This document shows, in pieces, positions 11,920 to 23,800 of a stretch of DNA of 64,000 nucleotides (position 1 is its first letter; each line of letters begins with the position of its first letter). The position numbers and the translations under genes are program-made. A model generated the notes under the pieces. The model did no database searches. It saw only the letters and a list, made by a program, of their open reading frames with translations, and had not been told where the DNA came from. The DNA lies in NCBI GenBank assembly GCA_013239625.1, contig MU053561.1:2868283-2932282 (forward strand). The letters are read 5' to 3'. This DNA comes from Lama guanicoe. Taxonomy: Eukaryota.

Positions 11920-13350
11920 GATGCAAGCCTCGCGCAAAGGCCTTTGTTTTTGTTTCCCGGAGAGGACGCGCTCCCAGGCCGCCCTCTTCCAGGCTCCGGA
12001 GTCCTTTGCTGGGCTTCGGGAAGGGCCTGTGCATTCAGGCGGCGGCCGGGCTGTCTGCTCGTGAACCCGCAGGTTGACTTTCGGCGCGGCCCGGCCCCCA
12101 CGCCAGCGGCGCCCAGGTCCTCGGGTGGCCCTTGCCTCAGGCAGGTGCGGGCGGGGCGCCGCCCGCGGCACCTGGCACCGCCCGCCCCCTCGCCCGGCCC
12201 CCAGCCCAGCCTGCTGTCTCGGGGTGGGGGGCGGGACGGGGCGGGAAGTGGAGGGCCCGGGGGCGGTGCCTCTCTCCGAGGGCGCCGCCCTCGCCCCGCG
12301 CTCGCCTCGCCCGGGTGCAGCGGGCCGGGTGGAGGGGGCGGGGACTCGGGAGGGGCCGGAGCGCGGCTGCTGGCGCCGCTGCGGGAGCAGAGGGAGGAGG
12401 CGGCGCGTCCCCTGAGGCGTGCGCCGGGACGGACGGACCAACGGACGGACGGACGCGCAGAGGGAGAGGGTCGGCGGCGAGGTCGGTATCCGGTGGGCGC
12501 GCGGGCGGCGCGGGGAGGGGCGGCAGCGAGGGGCGGCAGCGAGTGGAGCCGGAGTCCGGAGCAGGGCGGCGAGAGGCGCGGCGGTGGGCCCGGCGCCGGC
12601 TCCGCTCCGGGGTCGGCCCGAGACCTTGTCTCCTGGCCGATCCGGCGTGCGGCGAGCGCGCCCAGGCGACGAAAGCGGAGCCCCGGGCTCCCTTCTTTCT
12701 CCTCTTTTCTTTCCAATCAGCGAAAAATAAACACCCGGGAAGGTAAAACAATAGCGGGGCCACCTGGGACGCGGCGCGCGCCGCTCTCCCACGTTTGGGG
12801 CGGGGGCCGGGGGTGGACCCAGGAGTGGCGGCCCCACCTCGGAGCCCCTTCCTGATTTGCCCCCGCGGAGGGTGGGGCTGCCCGCAGCGCCGGGGCTCGG
12901 AGGCGGAGAGAATTCCCAGGAGTAAAGCATTTGGTGAAAGTCTTTCAGGAGCAGTCGGGCTTCCTGCCGTTGCCCTACTCTGGGCGGGGAAACTGAGGTA
13001 GAGGCAGAGGTAGCCACTTGGCCAAGGTCAGACCACAGAGGCTGACCGTCCTGGTCCAGGACCGGGACCCAGGTGTCCGGACCAGCTCAGCGCTCAGCCC
13101 CTCTTGGTTTCGCCGCGGCCGTGTTTGCCTTTGATAAATCTCTGTTGTGTTTGTTTTAGAAATCCGCTGGCATTGTGGGACCGCTTCAGGGCTGCCCAGC
13201 GAACGCAGACTTGCTTCGTGTGTTGCGGACAGGTCTGGGGCAGGTGACAGCCCCGTGTCCCACCATCATGGACCCAGACGGACTTTTTGATGAGGAGACC
13301 CCCAGCAGTCGACGCCAGCCTGGGCGATTTGGCTGTCAAAGGTTTTGACA
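11920..13350. promoter_or_regulatory. CpG island / TATA-less GC-box promoter of IGSF3
   Basis: Very high GC and CpG density; multiple GGGCGG/CCGCCC Sp/KLF boxes (e.g. ~12150-12345); overlaps inferred exon 1. Confidence 0.9.
12365..12481 (+). other. IGSF3: Probable non-coding exon 1 of IGSF3 (start approximate)
   Basis: Core of the CpG island downstream of GC boxes; ends at plausible donor GAG|GTCGGT (12481/12482); contains a (GGAC)n run at 12427-12455. The TSS cannot be fixed from sequence. Confidence 0.5.
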
Positions 13351-13833
13351 AAACCTGCCCTGTTCCGTTTGGGGGACTCCGAATGAGGGAGATTACAGAC
13401 ACCTTCACTGAGAAGCCAAGGACATTTCTGTATAATCAGTGGATGAAAGGATTTTCTCAGACGCTTTTTTTCCTTTTCCTGGAGAATTAATCCACCGCAA
13501 TCTACAATTCCAGTGGAGACCGCCAGACTGAGGATGTGGCAGGAGCCTAGAGAGCCTTCCGAATTGTTCTGGACCCTTCCTTTATCATCTGGGAGTGTAA
13601 GACTTGCCCCCGCCGCCCCTCCCCCCACCCCCTCCTGCTGAGCTGGGCTCTTTAACTGGTGCTCCGTTACTGAATTAACTTCTGTTTCCAAAACTGCTCT
13701 CTGGAGCTATCAGTGAATTGCCAGAAATGAGCGATTAAGTGCTGGGAGAAGAGGAAGCGGCCTGTGTTGTGTCTCCTCTCGGCTGCCGACATGAAGTGCT
13801 TTTTCCCGGTGCTGAGCTGTCTGGCTGTGCTGG
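13160..13833 (+). other. IGSF3: IGSF3 exon 2 (long 5'UTR plus start of CDS)
   Basis: Acceptor TCTGTTGTGTTTGTTTTAG ends at 13159; donor TGG|GTAAGT at 13833/13834. The 631 nt upstream of the ATG agree with the recalled long 5'UTR exon of human IGSF3. The 5' boundary is inferred. Confidence 0.7.
13791..13833 (+). CDS. IGSF3: First coding segment (43 nt, phase-1 intron follows) of immunoglobulin superfamily member 3 (EWI-3); encodes signal peptide MKCFFPVLSCLAVL(G)
   Basis: GCCGACATGAAGTGCTTTTTCCCGGTGCTGAGCTGTCTGGCTGTGCTGG then canonical donor GTAAGT at 13834. Kozak -3 G. The peptide matches my recollection of the human IGSF3 N-terminus (MKCFFPVLSCLAVLGVVSAQRQ...). Lies just downstream of a CpG island. 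Confidence 0.9.
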
Positions 13834-15100
13834 GTAAGTGGCGCTGCTTATCAGTGCGATCGATGTGAAAGTTTAACCTGCTGTTGGCTCCTGTAATTCC
13901 TTGTGGCTCTTTCCAGCAACACTCGGCTTTAGGGGACGCTGGGAGGCGGCAGTGTGTGTCATGGGTTGGCATAGTGTACCCAGAGCCCCGTTTCTGACCC
14001 AGGAGGAACGGTGGCGTACTGTTTGTTGTCTTTAAGAAGGGACATTTGCTGTCCTTAGTGTTTGTACGGGGCCTCGGGGTCAGGCTCCCTGTCTACAGCA
14101 GCTTAGGGACTACGTGTGGATCTTGGGCTGGTTTCTGGTATTTTATAAACATGGTGCTTCAGTGTCTTCACTTCTTTCTTGGTCCACGTTAATTTCTAAT
14201 CCAAAGTGATGACATTATTCCCACCCTGTCGGAAAGTTGGTTTGGTGATAAAGACGGTGCTATTTTTTTTTTGAGGGGGAAGTGGGCGCAGGTGGGAGAG
14301 GGGTTGGGGGGGATGCTTTGCCCAACCCAAGCGATCTGTAGACTGTAAATGTTTGAGGGTCTAGTCATGTGTCCTCTTGCCCAGGAGGCTCAGATCATAG
14401 TTCTGGAAGGAAGAGAGACTGGAGGAATTGAGGGTTGTGCTAGGTGGGGTTTGTGTGCCCCCTCAGAAGGTCACAATGCTTAGAGTTGGATGGAGAAACT
14501 GTGGCCTGCGAGGTGCTATTGACACCTCTCTTAAGGATTCCCTCCCATTGAAGAGGCACCGTTTGCCCAACACTTGTTCATTCTCAGATTCAACAATACT
14601 TCCCATGCCACTGAGTGCCGCCTTCAATGTGGCACCTTGGGACTCCTCTTGGGTCTAGGATAAGCTCCCCAGCCAGGATCTGATGCATCCTCTCTCGCCT
14701 TCGCCTTAGACCTCACACAGGAGCACACCCCCTGCCCCCTTGGTAGCGCTCGGGCCCCTGCATTCAGAAGAGGTCATCACTCCTGCCTGCGGTGTTCGCA
14801 TATATTTCCAGATCTAGGTGTCTAGCATTTATGGAATGTATTTGTGACCTGCTGGCAGTGGAGATTGCTTTCACACATTGTCTTTGCCCTTGCAAGAGTT
14901 TACAAATGGGTGGAAAGAGAGTGGGCTTTGGAGTTGAAGAGCCTGAGTTTGAATCTCAGCCTCCCCACGATTGACACCTGAACCTCAGTAAAATGCGATG
15001 ATAGCTCTACAGGCTTACTTTGCAGTTCAAGGCTATTAGGTGTTCTAAAGGTCCTGACGACTTTGGAAAGTGTCTGGAACACAGGATAAATGTGTTCTAT

Positions 15101-15270
15101 CAGTCGTTCTCAAACTTGGGTGCATGTTGGAATCACTGGGAGAGCATTAAAAAACCCCAGTGCTCAGGCAGCAACCCTAGGCTAATTAAACCAGAATCTT
15201 CCGGAAGATGAGCCAGGCAACAGTCTCTTATCTCTGCTAGGTAACTCCATTGTGTAGTGAGTTAGAGAGA
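15101..15270. mobile_element. MER5-like hAT MITE
   Basis: CAGTCGTTCTCAAACTTGGGTGCATGTTGGAATCACTGGGGAG...TTAAACCAGAATCT. Confidence 0.65.
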
Positions 15271-17744
15271 ATGTGTGAGTTCATCGCTGCCAGCCCTCCC
15301 CTCCCCACCACTCACACGGACATCCAGTCTGGCGGCAAGTTCAGTCAGTCTTCTGCCCAGGTGTGGGTTAGGATTCTGCGTCTCCCTGTCTCCTGTGTGC
15401 TCAGGCAGAGCCAGAAAGGCAGGTAGCTCTCTGTTTGCCAGTCCTAGATATTGTATTGGTATTTGTCATTCACTTAGTGTCTGGGTTTAAATCAGTAATT
15501 AGTGATTCATGTGGATTCAAAAGGACAAACAAGGAAACCCCTCCAGGAGGCTTGGGTGTGGGCTGGGTGGTGTGGCTAAGGCGGGAAAGAGGACTGAGCT
15601 GAGTCGTAGAGTGGGGCCCAGGGCAGGAGAAGGAACCACCAATGGGAAAACAAGGAAATGTGACATTTGTGCCTTTTGTTTCTTCTGGCTGCTCCAGAAA
15701 TGTGAGGCTGCCCACTGGTACCCCTGCTGTCCACCCTCTGGGCCCCCCTATGGAGTGGAGCTTGGGCCCTCTCCCTGGGCTCTGTTATCTCGCCTTTGCT
15801 CCCAGCCTCAATTATAAACAGGTGCCATGGAGGAAAGTGAGTGTCACGGTGGCACTGAAGGGGAACAGTGGCCAAAGACCCAATGTGGGTGAGAGTGGGA
15901 AGGTTTAGAACTGGGGACATGCCTGGTGCTTCGAGCCCCACTGGTGAACTGTCATCTTTTCTCATCACTTGATGACTCCCAGCATGGCGGGGAGGGGGGC
16001 TTGGTACCACTTGCTTAAACTTGGAGACCAGAAGGTCTTCAGGGAGGGAACCAAACCCATGTTGGGGTCTTGCTCTCTGCTGGCAGTCTGGTGTGGTCTG
16101 ATTCATGCAGCAACATTCTTGCTGTGTAATGAAAAGGAATGTGTAATAGGAATTTAAAACAGCAAAGACTCCCAAGGTTTTGTGCCTCTGTGGGTCACAC
16201 ACTCGGAATAAAATTTGGTTTGTCAAAAGTAGGATCAGGCTAAGCGCTCTGTAAGGCAAGACTGATACTGGTGCTCCCAGCTTCCGAAAATGGGAATTGG
16301 AGTTAGAAAACCCTGTGACTGAAGGTGAGGGGTATACAGGGTAAATCTCCAAGAGGCTGTGACTCCCTTAACATGACATCATTAGCCCTGGACTTTCTGT
16401 CCCCTTCCTTTGCCAACGTCTAGAATCTGGGTCATGTTCCTCCTTTTCTGCCTGTCTGGGTACCAATTCCTGCCCTCTTGACCTCTGTGTCTTGTTTCTT
16501 CTTGTTGCAGCTCTGGGTGCCCCACCCATCTAGGGATCCATCGGCTGCCAAGGCCACCCTCTTTCCAGTTCTAAAAAGCCATCCTAGGTGTGGGCCAGGT
16601 TGAGCCATGAGGGTAGTAAAGTCCCCACTGTGGAGAGCGGGCTGAGGCAGAGGGGCAGTAGTTGAGAGGGAGTAGCGGCTGGTGTGGATGTGGCCTGAGT
16701 ATGAAAGGGGGGAGATGAGGAGAGGGTGCCTGTGCCTGGGAGCAGCCTGGGTAAGTGCCGGAGACATGGAAAGATGACAACCATGTGGGAGAGACAGAAT
16801 AGGATTTGTGTCTGCAAGAACAGGAAGGGAATAATCAGGAAAGATTAATATAAGCTTTAGGCGCATAAAGCAAATTTTGATTTTGTACAGCTGGGAAGAG
16901 TTATACCTCCTAGACCAACATAGACTGATGTTGCCAACAAGATGAAATAGCTTCAGAAGTGTTAGCAATGAAAAAGGTAGGAGATTGGGACATCCCTGGA
17001 TCAACACAGAGAACTGGTACACAGCTCATGGTCATTTGTGTTCTTCTCCCGTGGGAGAGAATTTCATTTCTGGAGTTTGAAAAGCCTCTTGTTTGAATAG
17101 GATGGTACTGAGGAAGCAATCACTTACCTCCCGGGAGTTTGGGAAGGCTTCTTAGGGGAGAGGCCAGAGGGTGCTTCCAAAAGAGATCGAAAGGAACTTT
17201 GATGTTCTGGTGGGAGTGAGCTCAGAGGCAGGGCTGGGGTGATCAAAGGCAGAGGAGAAGGAGGAGGCAAAGGAGAGAAGCGAAGTGGCTGGGGGCACCT
17301 GGAGGAAGGGTTCTGATGGGAAAGTTTGAGGATCGTGATTTTTGGATGAACGGACACCACTGTCCTAACAGTTGCACCAGAGGCAGGGCCCTTTCCTTTC
17401 CTGGGGACCATTTGACAAGGGTGCTGGAGAAGGGTGTTCTTGTCAGGACTAGGCTAGCTAAGATGCCTTTCAACTGTGTGAATCATTGAGCCACCTGTGG
17501 GCAACCAAGGCTGCGTTAAGGTGTCCCAATCCCCTAACTTTTTCATTGCAGCAAGAGAAGAACAGTAGTGCTACCACCTTTTATAACTCTAGCCTTTACT
17601 GTGAAGCAAGTCCTATCTCATTAGGTCCTCAAACAACCTTGCCAGGTGGATACCTTATATTAGCATCTTTTTGTAGATGGGGATGTTGAGGTCCAGGGAA
17701 GTTAAGCAACTTGCCTGAGGCAGATAACTGTACCAGCTTGAAAT

Positions 17745-18092
17745 GATGCTCCACAGGGGTAGGAACCCAGGCTCCTTCTATCTTGTTCCCTGTGCATGCC
17801 TCCATTCCCAAGGTCATCTCATGGTCCAGCATGGCTGTGCTTGCCTCAACCATAGGAAGGAGGAACGGGTTGGTGAAGGGCACACCTTCTTAAGGACACT
17901 GCCTGCAATTGCACACATCCCTTCTGCTGACATCCTCATTTGTTAGAACTTGATCACATGACTCTACTTTGCTACAAGGGAGGCTGGGAAAAATCATCCT
18001 TAATTCTAAGTGTCCAGCCAAAAACTGAGGTTCTATTATTGTAGGAGAAGGAGAGACCAGATTTTGGGGGGACAGCTAATACTCTCTGGCAC
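17745..18092 (-). mobile_element. MaLR (MLT1J/K-like) LTR
   Basis: GGAACCCAGGCTCCTTCTATCTTG; GATCACATGAC...GCTACAAGGGAGGCTGGGAAA. Confidence 0.6.
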
Positions 18093-18588
18093 AGTCACAA
18101 AATTAGTAAGTGCAGAATAGTTTGGAAGGCAGGACATTTAGCTCAAATCCTGTGTTTGTTTAAATCTAATGAATTGCCCACTCTGAGTATGAGGCCCAGT
18201 CCCCAGCCACTCAGAAGCCTTGTTGGAAGATAGTGCTGTATAGTGTTTATGGGCTGTTTATGTGCCAGTCACTGCTACACCCTTTATATCATATAGCATG
18301 ACCTGTGTGAAGTGCTTAGGGGCCGTCTCTGTCACGCTTGTATTGTAGCCCGAGAGCTGAGCCTTGGGCCTGGCACAGAATAGGTGTTCAGTTAATTTTT
18401 TCGATGAATGAATGGCTTCACTAGGTAGGTTTTGTTTCTTATATTGGCTCCCTTGATCAAGATGAGAAAATTCAAGGCTCAGGGAGTTTAAATCATTTTG
18501 CTCAAAGGAAGAGAGCTAGAAATTGGCAGAGCCTGGATTTGAATCCAATTTTGTCTGGCTTTAGAGCTTACAGTTTTACTCCACCAAG

Positions 18589-19040
18589 CAGGGGCTCTTA
18601 ACCTTTGCTGTGCCATGGATCCTTTTGGCAGTCTGGTGAAGTCTGTGGACCCCTTCTTAGGATAACATTCTCAAATGCATAGATAAAAATACACAGGATG
18701 ACAAAGAAAATCAATTATATTGAAATACTGCCATCAAAATATTAAACAAATTTATGATTTAGCAGTATGCTTCTTTAATAACACATTAAATAACAAGATC
18801 AAACAGGAGGTTGAACAGTTACATAATTTTGGTGCAGTGAAGGGTGAAAATGATATTTTGTGGTATCTGCATCAACTGTGGTGTGATACAAAAGTATGTG
18901 TGATTTCTATTGTGACAGAGTCACAGGTCCTAGAAACATTACCACGATGCTTGCCTACATCAGGTTAGTGAAAATAAAAATGTAATTTTTCTTTTCCCCA
19001 TTTGAGTTCACATACATTCAGAATTCTGTCTACAGTCCCC
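18589..19040 (+). mobile_element. hAT-Charlie DNA transposon remnant (Charlie4a/MER80-like)
   Basis: Begins CAGGGGCTCTTAACCTTT...GCCATGGATCCTTTTGGCAGTCTGGTGAAG...GGACCCCTTCT, matching the recalled consensus. Confidence 0.7.
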
Positions 19041-20753
19041 TGTGAAGTTCAAAGTAAAGTTCAGTGTGATCATTGGTTGTTAGGAAAGACACTGTGGTGA
19101 GGACTGGGCTGGGCTTTCAAAAATGGGCGGGGTTTAGATGGGGAGGGCGTTCTTATGCAGAGGAGTCAGCAGTCATAGAGGTGGCAGAGTGGCCCTTTGG
19201 GGATTGGAAAAATGACTGTCAGTGGTTTTAGGGACCAGTTGATGTGGGATGATGCCTGACGCAGAGAACTTGTGGACCGTAATGAGTTTGGGATTTGGAC
19301 TGAGGACCCTTTAGCCCAGGTGGACCACTTCCACTGAGCCCTTGCCGAGGTACTGGATGAATTGGCTTCAGTTACTGGCCTCCCATGGTTCCTGGCCTTG
19401 TGCATCTTGAATTACGGCTCCTTGATTAATATTTTTAGGTTCCTTTGGGAGTGTCTCATTTGCTGTGATTGGACACCTGTTTCTTTGCTGCTTCAAAGTG
19501 AGCACAGCTATTCCTCATAAAGCGTTGGATTTTAATTTAAGGAAATTTAGGACACCTGCTTGTGAATGCCCCTGATTGTCAAAGAAATGAGTAGTTGCAT
19601 CAAAATCAAGCTTATATTTGCAGAAAATCACATGTTGCCAAATTCCCTCATCAAGAACCCTTTATTAAGTGACTAATTATGGGCCATGGATGGTGGCAGG
19701 CACTTTACAAAGACCATGGTGGTGGGCCTCCCTTAACTGGAATCTCAATTAAGTGAGAGTTTGTCTTTATTTCTGAACTCCACATCCAGAAAGGTGGAAA
19801 TAACAAGATGTAGTAGCAAGGATTGATTCTAGAAATTGGCTTCCAGGCCACCATCAGCCCAGTCTCTACATCTTCCGCATCTGTAATTACAGTAGCAGAG
19901 AAGAGTGATGGGCCTGGAGGCACTGCAAGACTCTGAATCAAAGATTAAATTATATTAAGTCTGCCCAGGCTGGGAAGTGGTCAGATGTATTTTAAAAGCT
20001 TTATAATGGGCTTTATAATAATTAGAGTTGAAGCAAAGTTTCTGCCTAACCCTCTATTAACCCTCTAATGAAATTCACCCGAATACCCTTTTACCCTCAT
20101 CCAGGTGATCAGGCTTTGCTGAACACAACCCCGTTCCTGCCCTCTAGGAGATGATAAACTAAGGCCCGGGGTAAAACAAATGGTATATCACGGTGCAAGT
20201 GGACAGAGAGACAGGGGTATACCATGTGCTCTCCGAGGACAGGTGTCTCCTTGGGGAAGGAGAAGTCAGGCAAGTTCGTTCCTGTTTTTGGCTTAGCAGG
20301 AAGAGTGAGGGAAATTCTCTGTCCAGGAGAGGGATGGGACTGGAGTATCTCTCAATGGTCAATCTGGAAAGGCCTTCTGGACTGGCTGGAATTTTAGGCA
20401 TTTTTTAAGTAATAGGAGAGTGAGGTCGTGGTAGAATAAGGGGGTGGAGGACACCTGGGTACAAGATGCTGCTTTGAGAAGACTTCTACAGGGATGGAGA
20501 AGCCTGAGTGTCAGTGGGCCAGGACCCTAAAGGTGCTGGTGGGAAGAAATGGAGTGGTCGGTTGGTGTGAGGTCTAGGTATTTGGGCTGGAGACAGATGG
20601 AAGATACCAGAGAGGTGTAGGTGGCTATCCTGGAGGACGATTGGGAGAAGTGGCCAGGGGCATTACTGGAGGTGGGGGTCCAGAGTGGAAGTGATGGGAA
20701 ACTGTTTCTGTTCCAAAGAAGGAGCTTTTGTGTGTTTGTCAGAACATCGTCAA

Positions 20754-20890
20754 GGGGAGGGTGTAGCTCAGTGGTAGAGCGCGTGCTTAGCATGCACGAG
20801 GTCCTGGATTCAGCTCCAATCCTAGTACCTCCACTTAAAAAAAAAATAATACTAATTATTTAAAAATACATAAATAAACCTCCCCCCAAA
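20754..20890 (+). mobile_element. tRNA-Ala(AGC)-derived SINE (Vic-1-like)
   Basis: GGGTGTAGCTCAGTGGTAGAGCGCGTGCTTAGCATGCACGAGGTCCTGG, disrupted T-arm, A-rich tail ending TAAATAAACCTCCCCCC. Confidence 0.85.
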
Positions 20891-23800
20891 TCATCAGAAC
20901 CAAGACCCTGTAACAACACTGTGAACTTAGAGAGATTGGTGTCCAGCCTTCTTGTTGGGGACTCCTTCCCATCAACTATCAGGTCCTCAGACCTTCCTTT
21001 ATTAAAACAGTGGGAAGAAATCTGACCCTATCTGCGTGTTCTTTCCCATTATGATTCTTTGATGTAGTGGAATATAGTCAGGATTGCCTTCACTGGCATT
21101 ATTTTTGTGTATTTAATTTTGCTTTTGTTTGTAACACCCATTTTCGGAGACCCTGGAGGACAATCCTCTCCTGCTTTTCCGTGGTGAACTCTGCAATCAC
21201 CTTCTCAGGCACTGGGTCCTGCTCGTGTTGTGTGGGTAACGGAGCTGTATCATGAGATGGGCTGCTGACTCCTTCTCAGGGACCCCTTTTAGTATGAACT
21301 CCCCTTCCTCCAGGAGCCCCACACATTTGAAATCTTCTGTCTCCCAGACAGGCAGCATTTACTAAGTAGTGTTACTCTCTTTTTCTTACGTGATAACCAG
21401 TGTGATCCCTCACAGTGATACAGTCCAGCTCTAAAGCAAACGTACTCTGGTGCTCTGGGTTGCCAGAGACCAAAGGGCACACGTAGCCTGACCCATTAGG
21501 TACCTTAGCCCTTAGCCCTGAACCTGCAGCTCAGGGGAAATGCTGTCCTTGCTAGGTGTTTTTGAAACCTGTAAGGTGGCCAGCTTCCCCACCCCAAGTG
21601 TTACTTTGAGAGCCTGAAGGAGCTTGGGTAACTTACCTGGGAGGTGTTTGCCCATTATTTGGTTGCGTTGGCAACCTTGATTTGACTTTCCTAGGAAGGA
21701 CTTTTAGGAGGAGGACAAACAGGAGGCCTGTGTGTGAGTAACCATCCAGTGCTGCAGGGCAAACCACACTTCCCTGTCTTGGCCAGGTACAACCTGCTCC
21801 CCTGCCCGCTCTTCCCTCCCCACCTAAAGACTTCCAGAGAATGAAATTTCATAACCTCTTAGAGGTAACACCCCCATCAGCAAATCTCGATTTTCAACTG
21901 AAGATTTAAGTCATAATTTAAAACAGCAAATAAAGTGCTTCAGGGTAAAGTGCTATATAAAAGAAAGGTGATGAGCTCTTGGTTTGAGTTTCACAACATA
22001 GCTCATATTTCTTTGCCTTTTTTTAATTTTAAATTTTGGATGGAAGTGGCATGTGAATATTAATCATTCTGTTGTAAAAACCCAAACAGTAGAGACAGAA
22101 AGTAAACTGTGAAATTTCCCCTCTCTGTCTCGTGCCCTTTATTGAGTCTGAAATATGTTCTTTACAGTTTGATACACTATGTTCTTCCAGGCTGTTTTTT
22201 ACAACTTCTATGCACATACACAAATATAGGCTTTTTGACATAAATGGCATCATACAGAACATATTGTTCAAAAAACCTGGTTTTAAAGGGGTGATTTATT
22301 CCACTGTTTTTTCAGTCTTAATTTTATGGCCGTATCAGAACTGATTTGGCTATTTTATAGCTAGTTGAAGCTGTAATTTGTGAAATCATTGGGGAGTAGC
22401 GAGTGTCATTCTGTAGCTGTGTAACGGAGTCTTTGTCTTGCTGAATCAAGAGCAAGAGTCATAATAAAAACACTACCCTTGACTTTTAAGGTGTTTAATA
22501 AAAATAATTGACTTGTTTATTCTGAATATTTTCTCCAGAAACACATAAATGTAGCAAATTAAGCACACACATGTTTTATTGACTATCTTAATTATAATTT
22601 TGAAATTACGTTGAATTAAAGTGAAGCCTATTTACAACTTTTAAGAGGACACTTGTGAATACTGGATTCTGTGTCCATTTCAATCAGCTGTTCTTATTTG
22701 TTCATAGAGTAGGGAAAAAGTGAGAAACTTTCCTGCAGTGTCAACTCCCAAATGGTTCTTCCATTTAGAATGAACTGGACTAGAGTAACCTTTAAGGTTA
22801 TTGGCTACCAGACATTCAGGACCTCAACGCAAAGGAAGAGAACATTTTTTTCTTTAGCCCTGCAGGAGCAGCTATTGCTGTAAAAAGATTATCATTTCAA
22901 AGTGTTGGGTGACTTCTCAGGTTCACTGGTCTGACTTTCTTTAAAGCCCCAGGAGCAAAAGCAAGTTTCTTGGACGGTTCACCTTTGGACCTGATTTTTA
23001 AAATCGTTGCTATTTTGGAGGGATGGTTGTTGGATCCATCTATCACAGCCAACCCTTCTTAAGCATCAGGATTTGACCTGCTACCACCCATCCCGAAACC
23101 GCTCTTCAGTGCTTTCCTGAAAAGACTTTTCATCCGCTCCTTCCTTAAACAAATATTTGAGTGCCCGCCACAAGCTCTCAATGTTCTGTTATCTCAAATA
23201 CCAAGAACTAAAAGGTAAAATCACGATGAACTTTTTAAGTAGTCACCCGATACGTATTTTTCATCTTTAACAAATAGAAAGATTAATTAAAAACACTCTT
23301 GACCTTGGGGAGCTCTTTTCTATTCCTAAGGTAGGTCTTTGTTCTTGCTATTACTTAAATCTTCTCTTCCTGTTTTGTTCTCAACTATTCTTGGGCAGCC
23401 GTGATAAAGGGCCCTTTAGGAGTAAGCGATGGATACCGAATGGTGGGAGATTGGGGCTGGGGAGAGGTAGGACAAATTCTTTCTTTTGAAAATATGCAAA
23501 TGTGCTGGATATGCGTCCTGAATATGTGGAATGTCCTTCTTAGCTGTTGGGGATATTGTATGGGAATTGGGACTTTCACACTCAGCTCTGAATTTCTAGG
23601 AAGTCAGAACAAAAGAGAAATGGAACAGTCACGTACCTTCCCATCAGACAGGAGACAGCATCCCTACCGAGCTTTCTCCCGAGGACCTCCATGCTGGGGA
23701 CGAGGTGGTGCTAGGGTTGGTTGTCTCCCACACCTTGTACTAGGCGTCCCTTGACTCCTCCCCAGAGCCCAGGGACGGGAGGCCGTGAGGGTAGCCCAGG

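Noticed and set aside
11652..13017. Long overlapping ORFs (354, 378, 303, 204 and 208 aa) on both strands
   Set aside because: Pro/Arg/Gly/Ala-rich products of stop-codon scarcity in a CpG island; open in many frames at once; no recognisable domain.
15576..17022. 258-aa and 196-aa minus-strand ORFs
   Set aside because: No domain similarity or coding-like composition; chance intronic ORFs.
20756..20833. Possible tRNA-Ala(AGC) gene
   Set aside because: The 5' two-thirds matches tRNA-Ala, but the T-arm is disrupted by extra bases and a SINE A-rich tail follows; it is one of several dispersed copies.
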